Shown: positions 10,220 to 19,793, numbered from the stretch's first letter. The stretch is DNA of 54,964 nucleotides from an uncultured Candidatus Saccharibacteria bacterium (GCA_938041005.1 CALHZJ010000114.1:1-54964); one strand, 5' to 3'. Translations and numbers: made by a program. Notes: generated by a model from the letters alone, not told the origin.

Positions 10220-13126
10220 TTATCTCAAGCTAATCATCACTTCGCTATCGTCATCATCACCATTGCGCAAATCGAGCCGATTCTTAACCACAGGTTGGCT
10301 CGGTTTTACATTTACAGAAGAGACAGGGCTATTATTTGTAGTCATAGACATATTTGGCTTATTAGCGACAGCACTATCTATCGCAGAGGATTGACTTTGT
10401 TGTTTGGTGGCAAGGTTAGAAGCCGTAGCATTTACGCTATTTATATTAGAAGACGCATTATTAACCACCTCTGGGCGACCTTGCGGATTCTGTATTTGCG
10501 AGGAAGCCTGTGGGGCTTGCGAATTTACTGGTCTTACGGTTGTTGAACTAGAAGCGGGCTTTCCTCCTAGTTGTTGCCTCTTCGCTAGCCATTCATCTAA
10601 GAACGATGACCCACCGCCCGACGATTTTTGACCAACAGAAGGCGCTAATTGAGAATGACTCGTCTTTGGTTGCGCACTACCTCTAATCCTGTCAAATATC
10701 TCCTTTTCAACAACAGCTCGTGGTCTACCGTATTTAGCAGCAGATAGCCTTACTAACGCGTCTCTCAGCTGATTATTAACTTGCCCCATCGGAGGAATCC
10801 AATTCATACTAAACGGCGCAGACGGCACGTTATTAATCATCACAGAAGTTATGGACTGGAAGTTTGGCAATTTAGCCAAGTCGTCGACATCGAAAGTCGG
10901 CTGAAACTTCTTAACCATCAATTCGGCGTCAGTCACACCGATACGCCCAGAAATAACCGTACCGACGTTACCAATAATAGCTTCTCGTATCTTATCCGTT
11001 AACTGAGTCATAAACTGGTTACCCATAATAAGACTCAATTTATACTTACGAGCCTCAGACAGAATAGATTCAAAGCTGTCAGTAGCGAAGTTCTGGAACT
11101 CGTCAACATACAGTGAAAAATCAACCCGCTGATCCTCTGGAATATCCGCCCGAGACATCGCCGCTGCTTGAAACTTCATTACAAAGATAATACCCAAAAG
11201 CTTAGAGTTAAGTTCACCCATCTTACCTTTCGACAAGTTAACCAGCAAAATCTTATTATTATCCATAATTTCACGCAAATTAAATCCAGATTTGGTCTGA
11301 CCAATGATATTGCGCATTGCATCGTTGGAAATAAATGGACCAAACTTTGATACAACCCATGAAATAACCTCACCCGCCTCATTTGACCTCTGTGACGCAG
11401 GAAATTCCTTTGTCCAGAAATCAATAACTTGCTGATCTTTTACATACTTAAGCTTGCTTTTCACAAATTCAGGATCAATAAGACACTTCGGCACATCAAT
11501 AAACGTTCCGCCAGCAGGATCCGACATCAACAATAAAGCGCAGTTTCTAAAAATATGTTCCAAACGAGGACCAACAATTCCCGTATGGCCTGGGTCGTAA
11601 AGGCCATACAGCATATTAATCGCCTCTTGAACCAAAAAGTCTTTTTGATCTGGAGTGTCAAACTCAAACATATTCAACCCAATTGGATTAGTCATATCAG
11701 CAGGATTAAAGTAGATAATATCCTCAACGCGTTCTTTTGGAACCTTACCCAATAAAGATTCAACCAAATCACCGTGCGGATCAATGAAGGCGAATCCCCG
11801 ACCATCCATCATATCCTGATAAGCCATATTTTCCTGCAGAACAGACTTACCGACACCCGTTTGACCAATGATATATACGTGGCGGCGGCGGTCTTTTGTC
11901 CCGATTCTAATAGGTTTTTTAACTCCTCGGAATTCGTTATAGCCAATCAGCAAACCCTCATCCAAAACGTCTGTTGGTCCATCAACTTGTTTGGACATTT
12001 GTCTTTTAACCTGTGAAGTCGGAATTGCGTTAGCTCCAGGCAAATGGAATAACGTTGCCATTTCTACACTGTTGAGAATATTACTACGAGTTTCCTGAGG
12101 GAAAAACCTCATAATATATGCTGTTGTCATTTCCTCAACATTCCTAGTTAAAGAGAACTTAAACCCATTATTGCGCGGTGAGTCAAACAACGAGAAGGCT
12201 GCTATTATATTTTTTAACAACACTTGAGAGCGCGCCGCAGTATTTGACGAAATTACAACACGCACTAAGACTTCATATGCAGGATAGCGAGCTTTTTCGC
12301 TGATAGCATCCACTTCCGCCTGCTCTAAAGATGTCAGCTGCTTATCCTCGGAATTAGAGCCTCCGTCTTTTTCATTATTCTCTGGCGGTTTCCACAAAGC
12401 CTCCATAATATCCATAGGAGCAACACCGCCAAAGCCCTTCTTCTTTCCCTTATTCTTCTTCATACCGTCAATATGAGACTCTGAAGCCTTAGACCAACCG
12501 TCATACGCCGGACGTAGTAAAAATTGCACACCTATTCCATCTTCTTTGGACGCCGAAGATAAAGCATTTAATAATGCCCTGGAAGCATCTCTTTTCGACT
12601 CCTGATAAGTCGATATTGGATAAACAAAGGACTTTTTCAGGGTGAATTCGCCGCCGATGGTCCCGCTCATCTTGCCAACCTTGCTGAATATATTAGTATC
12701 AGATACCTCTTCTAGCCGAGCAGAAGGATATGCTGCCGCTACAGCTTGACGAATAACATCAACTAACACTAGCGGGACAACGGCATAATAGTGAACTAAC
12801 CCACCATGCGCAACAATCTCAAACGATATATGACGTTGGCCGTAGACTTTACTTTTGAACCCTTTAGTTGCTGTACTTGAGATAATATTGTACATCACCT
12901 GGGCTTGCGACAGCACCTCTTCAGTTAAATCTCGCTCATCTCGATTTGAACTATTGACGTCTTCACTTGTCGGAGGCAAATGTATAAGCAACGGCACCAT
13001 CTTCAAGCCTCGTTCATAATTTTTGGCTTCCCTCAGCATGTTACGATACAACACAAAAGCTACCGCAGAACCAGCGGCTATAATAACAATCGCGATAAAA
13101 CTAACTATCAAAGGACCCGCACCCAT
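10220..13126 (-). CDS. VirB4/VirD4(TraD)/HerA-like P-loop ATPase (CPR T4SS coupling-like protein)
   Basis: Walker A GQTGVGKS, IDPHGDL, Walker B LYVDEFQN, SEARKY; N-terminal TM; low-complexity C-tail. Confidence 0.85.
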   Translation of the reverse strand: MGAGPLIVSFIAIVIIAAGSAVAFVLYRNMLREAKNYERGLKMVPLLIHLPPTSEDVNSSNRDERDLTEEVLSQAQVMYNIISSTATKGFKSKVYGQRHISFEIVAHGGLVHYYAVVPLVLVDVIRQAVAAAYPSARLEEVSDTNIFSKVGKMSGTIGGEFTLKKSFVYPISTYQESKRDASRALLNALSSASKEDGIGVQFLLRPAYDGWSKASESHIDGMKKNKGKKKGFGGVAPMDIMEALWKPPENNEKDGGSNSEDKQLTSLEQAEVDAISEKARYPAYEVLVRVVISSNTAARSQVLLKNIIAAFSLFDSPRNNGFKFSLTRNVEEMTTAYIMRFFPQETRSNILNSVEMATLFHLPGANAIPTSQVKRQMSKQVDGPTDVLDEGLLIGYNEFRGVKKPIRIGTKDRRRHVYIIGQTGVGKSVLQENMAYQDMMDGRGFAFIDPHGDLVESLLGKVPKERVEDIIYFNPADMTNPIGLNMFEFDTPDQKDFLVQEAINMLYGLYDPGHTGIVGPRLEHIFRNCALLLMSDPAGGTFIDVPKCLIDPEFVKSKLKYVKDQQVIDFWTKEFPASQRSNEAGEVISWVVSKFGPFISNDAMRNIIGQTKSGFNLREIMDNNKILLVNLSKGKMGELNSKLLGIIFVMKFQAAAMSRADIPEDQRVDFSLYVDEFQNFATDSFESILSEARKYKLSLIMGNQFMTQLTDKIREAIIGNVGTVISGRIGVTDAELMVKKFQPTFDVDDLAKLPNFQSITSVMINNVPSAPFSMNWIPPMGQVNNQLRDALVRLSAAKYGRPRAVVEKEIFDRIRGSAQPKTSHSQLAPSVGQKSSGGGSSFLDEWLAKRQQLGGKPASSSTTVRPVNSQAPQASSQIQNPQGRPEVVNNASSNINSVNATASNLATKQQSQSSAIDSAVANKPNMSMTTNNSPVSSVNVKPSQPVVKNRLDLRNGDDDDSEVMISLR

Positions 13127-13134
13127 ATAAAACC

Positions 13135-13581
13135 CTACTTACTACCGTCGTCATTTTGACCTAAAGTCTTATTATATCGTTTTTTTAAATAATCAGCCTG
13201 CAGCTGTGCAATAACTCTATTCCTCTCATAAGGATTATCTTTTGTTAAAGCTATAATCTTTTTAACTTTATCCACCCACTCTCTTTCTATCAAGTCTTCA
13301 TCCGCTGCCACCAGAGGAGTATCATCATCAGCTACTACCCCCGGCTGATTCGTACTTTGAGCGTCGTTTTGAGATTGAGATAAAGGAACTGTTGTAGTAT
13401 TATCAACAGGCAAAGCCACGGGGATATTGTTATATTGTTCAACCCCAGCACCAAGTGACTGCTCGGATTCTCTTCCGACTTCAGGATTTAATGATGTATT
13501 TTCTACATTATACTCACCGCCACCTATATTTTGTGGCTGCACCTCAGGAGTCCTATTAACTTGTGGCAGTTCGGGATTCAT
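13135..13581 (-). CDS. Hypothetical protein, disordered N-terminus and helical C-terminal domain
   Basis: 148-aa ORF; TGGTACAAT -10 element 6 nt before ATG. Confidence 0.75.
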   Translation of the reverse strand: MNPELPQVNRTPEVQPQNIGGGEYNVENTSLNPEVGRESEQSLGAGVEQYNNIPVALPVDNTTTVPLSQSQNDAQSTNQPGVVADDDTPLVAADEDLIEREWVDKVKKIIALTKDNPYERNRVIAQLQADYLKKRYNKTLGQNDDGSK

Positions 13582-13635
13582 AAATATATTGTACCACGTA
13601 ACTACTTAAAATACACGACTACATTCAGGACGGGA

Positions 13636-14007
13636 TTAGTATCTTTTATGTATAAAAAAACACGCCAGCAATTCAAACACACCAAGTAATAATATCTCAA
13701 AAATCCCAACATCTCCCATCGATTGCATACCCACATAAATAACTGGAGCAAGAGAGATTACAGTAGAGTAATAATACGTCTTATACTTAGATTCATTGCG
13801 ACTATTCTTGAAATTAAAAAATTTCGCAGCTATTCGCTCCGATGTTAAAAATACTACATAAGTTAGACAGATAAATAGCACATACAAACATACAAAAAAC
13901 GCTAAAATCCCAAACGGACCAGCAGAACTCGGGTTTGTTGCGTTCAAAATAACCGCAGTCAAAATCAATGCAACCAACGCTATGAAACTAATTATCTTCA
14001 TCCCCAT
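13636..14007 (-). CDS. Four-TM hypothetical membrane protein
   Basis: Hydrophobic ORF; TATGAT 6 nt before ATG 14007. Confidence 0.7.
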   Translation of the reverse strand: MGMKIISFIALVALILTAVILNATNPSSAGPFGILAFFVCLYVLFICLTYVVFLTSERIAAKFFNFKNSRNESKYKTYYYSTVISLAPVIYVGMQSMGDVGIFEILLLGVFELLACFFIHKRY

Positions 14008-14094
14008 ACTCACATCATACTATACACAAGAAGCCTGAGCGATAATACTATAGCATATAGACACAAACCATCCGCCGATAAAAAATAACTATTA

Positions 14095-14404
14095 GGCGCG
14101 GGTGCTACTTGCCTATTACCGCTCGAGGCGATTTGACCGCTCCTTAGTTAAGGAGCATCCTTGCAGTGTTCCTCTGCATACATCCAGGACTCTCATCGCT
14201 AGCTATTTAACGAGGATTAACTGGATGTATGCGGTACTAACCGCGCGCTCAACGCTTTTACAATTTGCAAAGTAAAGGCGGAGCATTGGCTGCGTCATTA
14301 TAAAAATCATGCAGCCAACTGTCCGTCAATTTATACGCAAAAACGCGGCTTTATATAAATTTTATTGTTAATGTATTTTTGCTTTTTTGTTTTTCTAAAA
14401 GCTT
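14095..14404 (-). ncRNA. Unknown structured RNA candidate (strand inferred from the promoter)
   Basis: GC-rich multi-stem element without an ORF, downstream of a consensus promoter. Stems include GCATACATCCAG/CTGGATGTATGC, GCTCCTT/AAGGAGC and TTGGCTGC/GCAGCCAA. Confidence 0.55.
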
Positions 14405-14410
14405 AACCTT

Positions 14411-14439
14411 ATACTAGCATAACCCTATTTAGATGTCAA
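14411..14439 (-). promoter_or_regulatory. Sigma70 promoter (extended -10)
   Basis: TTGACA-17 nt-TAGTAT with TGn before the -10. Confidence 0.65.
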
Positions 14440-14976
14440 CCATTACTCGGTCAAAAAGTATTGTAATTTTCACCTATTTTTTAATGTTGTTAAAATTATC
14501 ATCTGTTAATTATTCTCATATCGCTTTATGGTCATGTGTGCATTTTACAACAAGATTGTCGTTTTTGAGCATTATCTGGTACAGATTACACACCATTCAA
14601 TGAAGATATCATCGACTTAGCGACCGCCCAATTGCACGACTAACCCATGATTACCCGTCATCCAAACATTGCCACAAAAATAGGTTCGTACAGTCAATAT
14701 TAGACCGGCGTCTAACGCTCAAATCCGTGATAAAATAATAGTCTCTATTTCCCGCTTTATAAAACTCTATTTACCTTCATTGTCGTACTATAGCCAAACT
14801 TAACAAAATTATTTTTTATATTATTACAAGAACATCCAAGCATCAGCATGCATATTAAATCTTATACATCAAAATGCTATACAACAGTTTTAATTAAAAA
14901 TTACAAAACGAAAGTATAAAGTTTATTCATAGTACACAAAGCCACCTTTTACACTTCAATAAAAGAGTCCTAGAAA

Positions 14977-15004
14977 ATGTGCGACAATTTAATTTGTCGC
15001 ATAT
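14977..15004. repeat. 11-6-11 inverted repeat
   Basis: ATGTGCGACAA-TTTAAT-TTGTCGCATAT; arms 10/11 complementary. Confidence 0.6.
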
Positions 15005-15151
15005 ATAACAGGCATAAAAAGCAATCAAACAACCACCAGTTTCTGGCATATAACTTCATAGTAAAAGCCATTAGAAAAAATAGTTGCGAAAATTAGAAAG
15101 AAGATTATAAAATGTGTGGTATTTTTTACTAAACTTTTTACAAAAATATTG

Positions 15152-15180
15152 TTGACATAAGCATTTATATAGCTTATTAT
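15152..15180 (+). promoter_or_regulatory. Sigma70 promoter
   Basis: TTGACA-17 nt-TATTAT with an AT-rich upstream tract. Confidence 0.65.
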
Positions 15181-15252
15181 AGGGGTAGCTTCTGAATAAA
15201 AAAGTTATACAGAGGCCAAAAATAAAAAGAAATTGTAAAACTCCACTTTTTT

Positions 15253-15286
15253 GAAAACAACCACTACTCGCAGGTGGTTGTTTTTC
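15253..15286. terminator. Intrinsic terminator, possibly bidirectional
   Basis: AAAACAACCAC-9 nt-GTGGTTGTTTTT. Confidence 0.7.
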
Positions 15287-15359
15287 TGTCTTAAAGATAA
15301 ATTCTACTCTTTAACATAAATAAAGCCAGCGATAAGACCGACTTTTAATCTAATCTATC

Positions 15360-15762
15360 TGGTGGAGCTGCCGGGTACTGCCCCCGGGTCCAACTGGTAT
15401 CACAGCATTCGTCTACGAGCATAGGCTTATCTAAATTTATTTAATAACGCTACTCGGATTTAAAATAAACCAAGAAAACCGAGTTCCGTTACGTAGTAAA
15501 AGTCCTATATATCCGCTACTTCCAAATATATAGCAAGCAACATAGATATAACACCCTTAGATATTGACTGTTGCCACAATACAAGGATGATCGCTAAAAA
15601 TTAGGCAGCGATTGGCGCAAAGGCCATCTTAGGAGCGAAAGCGCTCGCTACGAATGACTTTGCTTTTGCAACAAAGTTTGCATCTAAAAACATACGTTAC
15701 GCGTATCGTCGGCTCGCAGAATGTCATGATAAAGTCCAATTGTCGAAAGCTATATCAGCCCC
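15360..15762 (-). ncRNA. ssrA: tmRNA
   Basis: 5' GGGGCTGATATAGCTTTCGAC; 3' CAGCTCCACCA with G3:U; internal tag ORF ending in AA-stop (15601-15681). Confidence 0.93.
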
Positions 15763-15828
15763 ACATATCGGTTCATATTATACCCTGATCTCATTCAAAA
15801 ATCTACATGCTTATGTTTTAATAGATTC

Positions 15829-17352
15829 ATGATTAGTAGAGTTATTTCAGCTACACCCTACGGATTTAATGGACAAATCATCGAAGTTGAGGGAGATATG
15901 TCAAAGGGGCTTCCTAGCCTACAAATTGTCGGAATGGGCAACAAGGCCATCGATGAGTCCAGAGATCGAGTACGTAGTGCAATAAAAAACTCTTCCCTGG
16001 ATTTTCCGAAAGGAAAAATAATCATCAACTTAGCACCGGCAGAGTTACCTAAAGACGGATCTCACTTTGATCTACCCATCGCCTTATCTATTTTATGCAT
16101 CAGCGGCGCACTTAACCAAAGCGATGTAAGTAATGCGGTTTTTGCGGGAGAACTAGCACTAGACGGCAGCCTACGTCCAATACGATCAGCAATTATTACA
16201 GCCGAAGTGGCCAAAAACCAGAAAATTAAATCAGTCTATGTACCAGCCCAAAACGCCAAACAAGCAGCACTAGTGACTGGAATTGATGTATTTCCAGTAG
16301 AAAACCTAAAATCACTCTTCTTACATCTCAAAAAAGAAAAGATTATTAAGCCAATAGACAGATCATCAATAAAAAATGTGTCTCACAATCATAAAAACGC
16401 TCCAATCATCGACGACATCTACGGACAAGAACAAGCAAAGAGAGCTATTCAAATAGCAGTTGCTGGAAGACATAACATTTTATTGTCCGGCCCTCCAGGG
16501 TCAGGAAAAACTATGTTAGCAAAATCTTTAAAGAATCTATTACCAAATCTTTCAGAGGATGAAATAGTAGAAGTAACAAAACTTCACAGTCTTGGGGAGC
16601 ATACTATAATAAATAATCCCATAGTAGATAGACCGTTCAGGTCGCCGCACCACACCGCAAGTAGAGCCTCTATTATTGGCGGAGGATCGAAAGTGCAGCC
16701 GGGAGAAATCAGTTTAGCTCATAGAGGAGTCCTATTTCTCGATGAGCTACTCGAATATCCGCGTACTGTACTTGAATCGCTTCGTCAGCCTCTAGAGGAT
16801 CATGAAATTACCGTCAGTCGCGCAAACGGTAAGTTCAACTTCCCTGCCAATTTCTTATTAGTAGCCACAATGAATCCTTGTCCTTGTGGATTTCTTGGAG
16901 ATCCAGAAAAAACTTGCATATGTTCACAAAATCAAATTATCAATTATCAAAAAAGACTATCAGGGCCACTACTTGATCGAATAGATCTAACAGTATCGGT
17001 TTCACGAGTTCCCCATGAAAAATTATTAAATAATAAAATGTCGACAAAATCACAACAAGAGACATTTTTATCTGAGATACATAAAGCCTACTCTATTCAG
17101 AGAGACAGATATAAGTGTAGCTACAAATACAACAATGATATTTCAAGCAATAATGTTGATAAAATTACATCAATCTCAGAATCTGCAAAAACCTTCTTGA
17201 CGAACGCAGCCAGAAAGCTAGACTTAAGCACTCGCAGCTATTTTAAAGTTATAAAAGTTTCTCGCACTATCGCAGATTTAGAAGGATCCGCGTCTATAGA
17301 AATTCCACATATAGCAGAAAGCCTACAATACAGACAGATTAACATAGGTTAA
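15829..17352 (+). CDS. comM: YifB/ComM Mg-chelatase-like AAA+ ATPase
   Basis: INLAPAELPKDGSHFDLPIA, GPPGSGKT, PGEISLAHRGVLFLDE, NPCPCG. Confidence 0.93.
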   Translation: MISRVISATPYGFNGQIIEVEGDMSKGLPSLQIVGMGNKAIDESRDRVRSAIKNSSLDFPKGKIIINLAPAELPKDGSHFDLPIALSILCISGALNQSDVSNAVFAGELALDGSLRPIRSAIITAEVAKNQKIKSVYVPAQNAKQAALVTGIDVFPVENLKSLFLHLKKEKIIKPIDRSSIKNVSHNHKNAPIIDDIYGQEQAKRAIQIAVAGRHNILLSGPPGSGKTMLAKSLKNLLPNLSEDEIVEVTKLHSLGEHTIINNPIVDRPFRSPHHTASRASIIGGGSKVQPGEISLAHRGVLFLDELLEYPRTVLESLRQPLEDHEITVSRANGKFNFPANFLLVATMNPCPCGFLGDPEKTCICSQNQIINYQKRLSGPLLDRIDLTVSVSRVPHEKLLNNKMSTKSQQETFLSEIHKAYSIQRDRYKCSYKYNNDISSNNVDKITSISESAKTFLTNAARKLDLSTRSYFKVIKVSRTIADLEGSASIEIPHIAESLQYRQINIG

Positions 17353-17435
17353 TTATTATCCTTGAAAATAACAAACATCTCTGTTACAATAGCAACTGAG
17401 TTAATCTAAAATTGCTTCAAAAAGGAGAGCCAGAG

Positions 17436-17942
17436 ATTAATAAATCAATCCGTATCAACGGAGCAATCCGTGCAAGAGAACTGCGGATAATTGGTCCTGA
17501 TGGCGAGCAGCTAGGAATCATGTCCCTTAAAGAGGCTTTAAGTAAGGCCAACGACATGAATCTTGACCTAGTTGAAATATCACCGGGAGCCAATCCGCCA
17601 GTTGCTAAAATCATTGACTGGGGTAAGTACCAGTACCAAAAAATGAAGGATCAACAGAAGAATCGGCGCCAAGCCAAATCTGGAGACCTAAAGCAGATGC
17701 GCTTTGGTCTAAAGATAGGAGCTGGAGACCTAGAGGTTAAGCTGAAGAAGATCCGTAAATTTTTAGAGGGCGGACATAAAGTTCGTATACAAGTGGTCTA
17801 CAAAGGTCGCGAAATGGCCCATAAAGAGATCGGCTACGAATTGATCGACAAAATCATGGAACACCTTAGTGAGGACGCAATATTAGAGCAAAAACCTCAG
17901 ATGGCTGGTCGCAATCTGAGCGTAGTAATAAGGAGTAAATAA
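17436..17942 (+). CDS. infC: Translation initiation factor IF-3 (ATT start)
   Basis: IF-3 sequence (DLVEISP, PPVAKIIDWGKY); AAGGAG SD followed by in-frame ATT at 17436. Confidence 0.95.
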   Translation: MNKSIRINGAIRARELRIIGPDGEQLGIMSLKEALSKANDMNLDLVEISPGANPPVAKIIDWGKYQYQKMKDQQKNRRQAKSGDLKQMRFGLKIGAGDLEVKLKKIRKFLEGGHKVRIQVVYKGREMAHKEIGYELIDKIMEHLSEDAILEQKPQMAGRNLSVVIRSK

Positions 17943-18136
17943 TGCCAAAGCTAAAGACCCACAAAGGCACTGCGAAGCGTATCAAGCTGACCAGCACCGG
18001 AAAATTGACCCGCCAGCGCGCATTTGGCGGCCACTTGTTGGCTAAAAAGTCAAAAAGTCGTAAGCGCGCAATCAACACAACAGCAACAGTAACTGGTTCG
18101 ATGGCCAAGAACGCCCGTCGAGCAATGGGAGTATAG
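17942..18136 (+). CDS. rpmI: 50S ribosomal protein L35
   Basis: [13 protein letters not shown]; infC-rpmI-rplT order. Confidence 0.97.
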   Translation: MPKLKTHKGTAKRIKLTSTGKLTRQRAFGGHLLAKKSKSRKRAINTTATVTGSMAKNARRAMGV

Positions 18137-18138
18137 TT

Positions 18139-18480
18139 ATGCGAGTAAAACGAGGAGTTGCCGCACGCGCTAAGCACAAAAAAATCTTAAAAGCAGCTGA
18201 GGGAATGCAACATAATCGCACCAGAAGTTTTCGTCTTGCAAAACAAGGTGTTATTAGAGCTCTACAGTACGCCTACCGCGATCGCCGAAACAAGAAGCGC
18301 GATCTACGCGGTCTATGGATTACCCGAATCAATGCAGCCGCTCGACAAGAAGGCACAACTTACGGCAAACTTATAGCTTCTATGAAATCTAAAAACATTG
18401 AGATTGATAGAAAAATATTAGCAGAATTGGCAGTTAACGAGCCAAAAGCTTTCGCCGAAATAGTAAAAGCTAGTCTATAA
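18139..18480 (+). CDS. rplT: 50S ribosomal protein L20
   Basis: [24 protein letters not shown]. Confidence 0.98.
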   Translation: MRVKRGVAARAKHKKILKAAEGMQHNRTRSFRLAKQGVIRALQYAYRDRRNKKRDLRGLWITRINAAARQEGTTYGKLIASMKSKNIEIDRKILAELAVNEPKAFAEIVKASL

Positions 18481-18499
18481 CAGGATAAATCTACCAATA

Positions 18500-18531
18500 T
18501 AAAACACCCTGACATTATGCAGGGTGTTTTA
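18500..18531. terminator. Bidirectional terminator between rplT and rnpB
   Basis: TAAAACACCCTG...CAGGGTGTTTTA. Confidence 0.75.
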
Positions 18532-18535
18532 TTCA

Positions 18536-18871
18536 TAGTCTGCCTATAAGCCGGGTTCTGTCTAGGGCAATCATCTATCTAGTTTGCTTGTTGCCAAACA
18601 AATCAAGCGGTTATCGATCTGCGGACGGATAATCCTATTTGCAAATCTCCTTGCAGCCGACAGGGTTTACCTCTCGTCTATGTCGCCATAGACGACTGTG
18701 GGCTCTTACCCCACTCGTTTCACCTTTTCCCTCGTATATAAAATACGAAGGTAGTTTCGTTTCTGTGGCACTTTCCCTAGAGTTGCCTCCGGTCGCCGTT
18801 AACGACTGTCGTATCCTTCGCTGCCCGGACTTTCCTCTTAAGTATGACTTAAGCGATTACCTAACAGACTA
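18536..18871 (-). ncRNA. rnpB: RNase P RNA
   Basis: GAGGAAAGTCCGGGC near the 5' end, ACAGAACCCGGCTTAT near the 3' end, terminal P1 pairing TAGTCTG/CAGACTA. Confidence 0.95.
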
Positions 18872-18892
18872 CATGATATATTATAGCACTAA

Positions 18893-19041
18893 ACCCTAGA
18901 CTTGTCTGTGGGCGCTAGATATTCCCCGCATAAATGCAAGGTGGGTGCTCGCAACTTATTGCCACGACAATAAATCATCATTAAAGCTCCCTATTGTATG
19001 ATGTTAGGAAAATCATACGCGCCCACGGATAAATCCAGGGT
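18893..19041 (-). ncRNA. ssrS: Probable 6S RNA
   Basis: ~150-nt rod with a 23-bp imperfect closing stem (ACCCTGGATTTATCCGTGGGCGC / GCGCCCACAGACAAGTCTAGGGT), central bubble, and GGGAGCT...GCACCCACC motifs resembling Firmicute 6S; TATAAT at 19050-19055. Confidence 0.65.
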
Positions 19042-19050
19042 ATGCCCCTA

Positions 19051-19695
19051 TTATACACCAAATATGTTCATAAATACACGCAAAATTGCCTGAATACAGC
19101 CCGACATAACCTGCCCGATTACATCAGAAAACAGCACAACTATAATCATCACCAAAAGAACACCATTTTGCTCAATTTTTTGCATAACACCTCTGACACC
19201 GTCTGGCGCTACGGCGTATAATATTCTAGACCCGTCCAGAGGCGGAATTGGTAGCATATTAAAAACAAAAAAACCCAGATTCACCGATACAGCGGTAGAA
19301 ATAATCAGCCCAAATATCGTAGACTGTACTGCCCCAGCGCTATTAATAACGTCACTAAACACTCCGACGCCAAACACAATAAAGGCGATTACTAAATTAG
19401 TAATTGGACCAGAAATAGCGACAAGAGCCGCCCCCCAATCGCCAAAACGGACTCTATTCGGATTAAACGGAACAGGCTTAGCTCCTCCGAAAACTGGAGC
19501 ATGCAACACCACCATTATCAGTGGAAGTAGTATAGTCATAAAAGGGTCGATATGCTTTATAGGATTAAGCGTCAATCTACCCTCTTCTTTCGCAGTATTA
19601 TCACCTAGCATGTATCCCATAAATGCGTGCATAGCCTCGTGAATAGTCATAGACAATAATATAACAACCAAAACTACTATTATTTCTAAAATCAT
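19051..19695 (-). CDS. Site-2 protease (M50 family)
   Basis: HEAMH, GPITN and FNMLPIPPLDG motifs. Confidence 0.93.
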   Translation of the reverse strand: MILEIIVVLVVILLSMTIHEAMHAFMGYMLGDNTAKEEGRLTLNPIKHIDPFMTILLPLIMVVLHAPVFGGAKPVPFNPNRVRFGDWGAALVAISGPITNLVIAFIVFGVGVFSDVINSAGAVQSTIFGLIISTAVSVNLGFFVFNMLPIPPLDGSRILYAVAPDGVRGVMQKIEQNGVLLVMIIVVLFSDVIGQVMSGCIQAILRVFMNIFGV

Positions 19696-19793
19696 AAGTG
19701 TTATTATAGCATCAATACACGATCTTGACTAATTACACAAATACCGCTACAATAATAAGGATTGTTATTAATAATAAAGTAAAGAGAGTGGAA

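Noticed and set aside
14095..14255. Structured element as a retron msr-msd, group II intron domain V or known riboswitch
   Set aside because: No reverse transcriptase in the window, no AGC/CGC catalytic triad in the D5-like hairpin, and no recognisable TPP, B12, T-box, glmS or c-di-AMP consensus.
14440..15150. AT-rich stretch as oriC
   Set aside because: No cluster of TTATCCACA-type DnaA boxes seen, no dnaA or dnaN nearby, and no change in gene orientation.
18639..18899. 86-aa ORF
   Set aside because: Antisense to the RNase P RNA.
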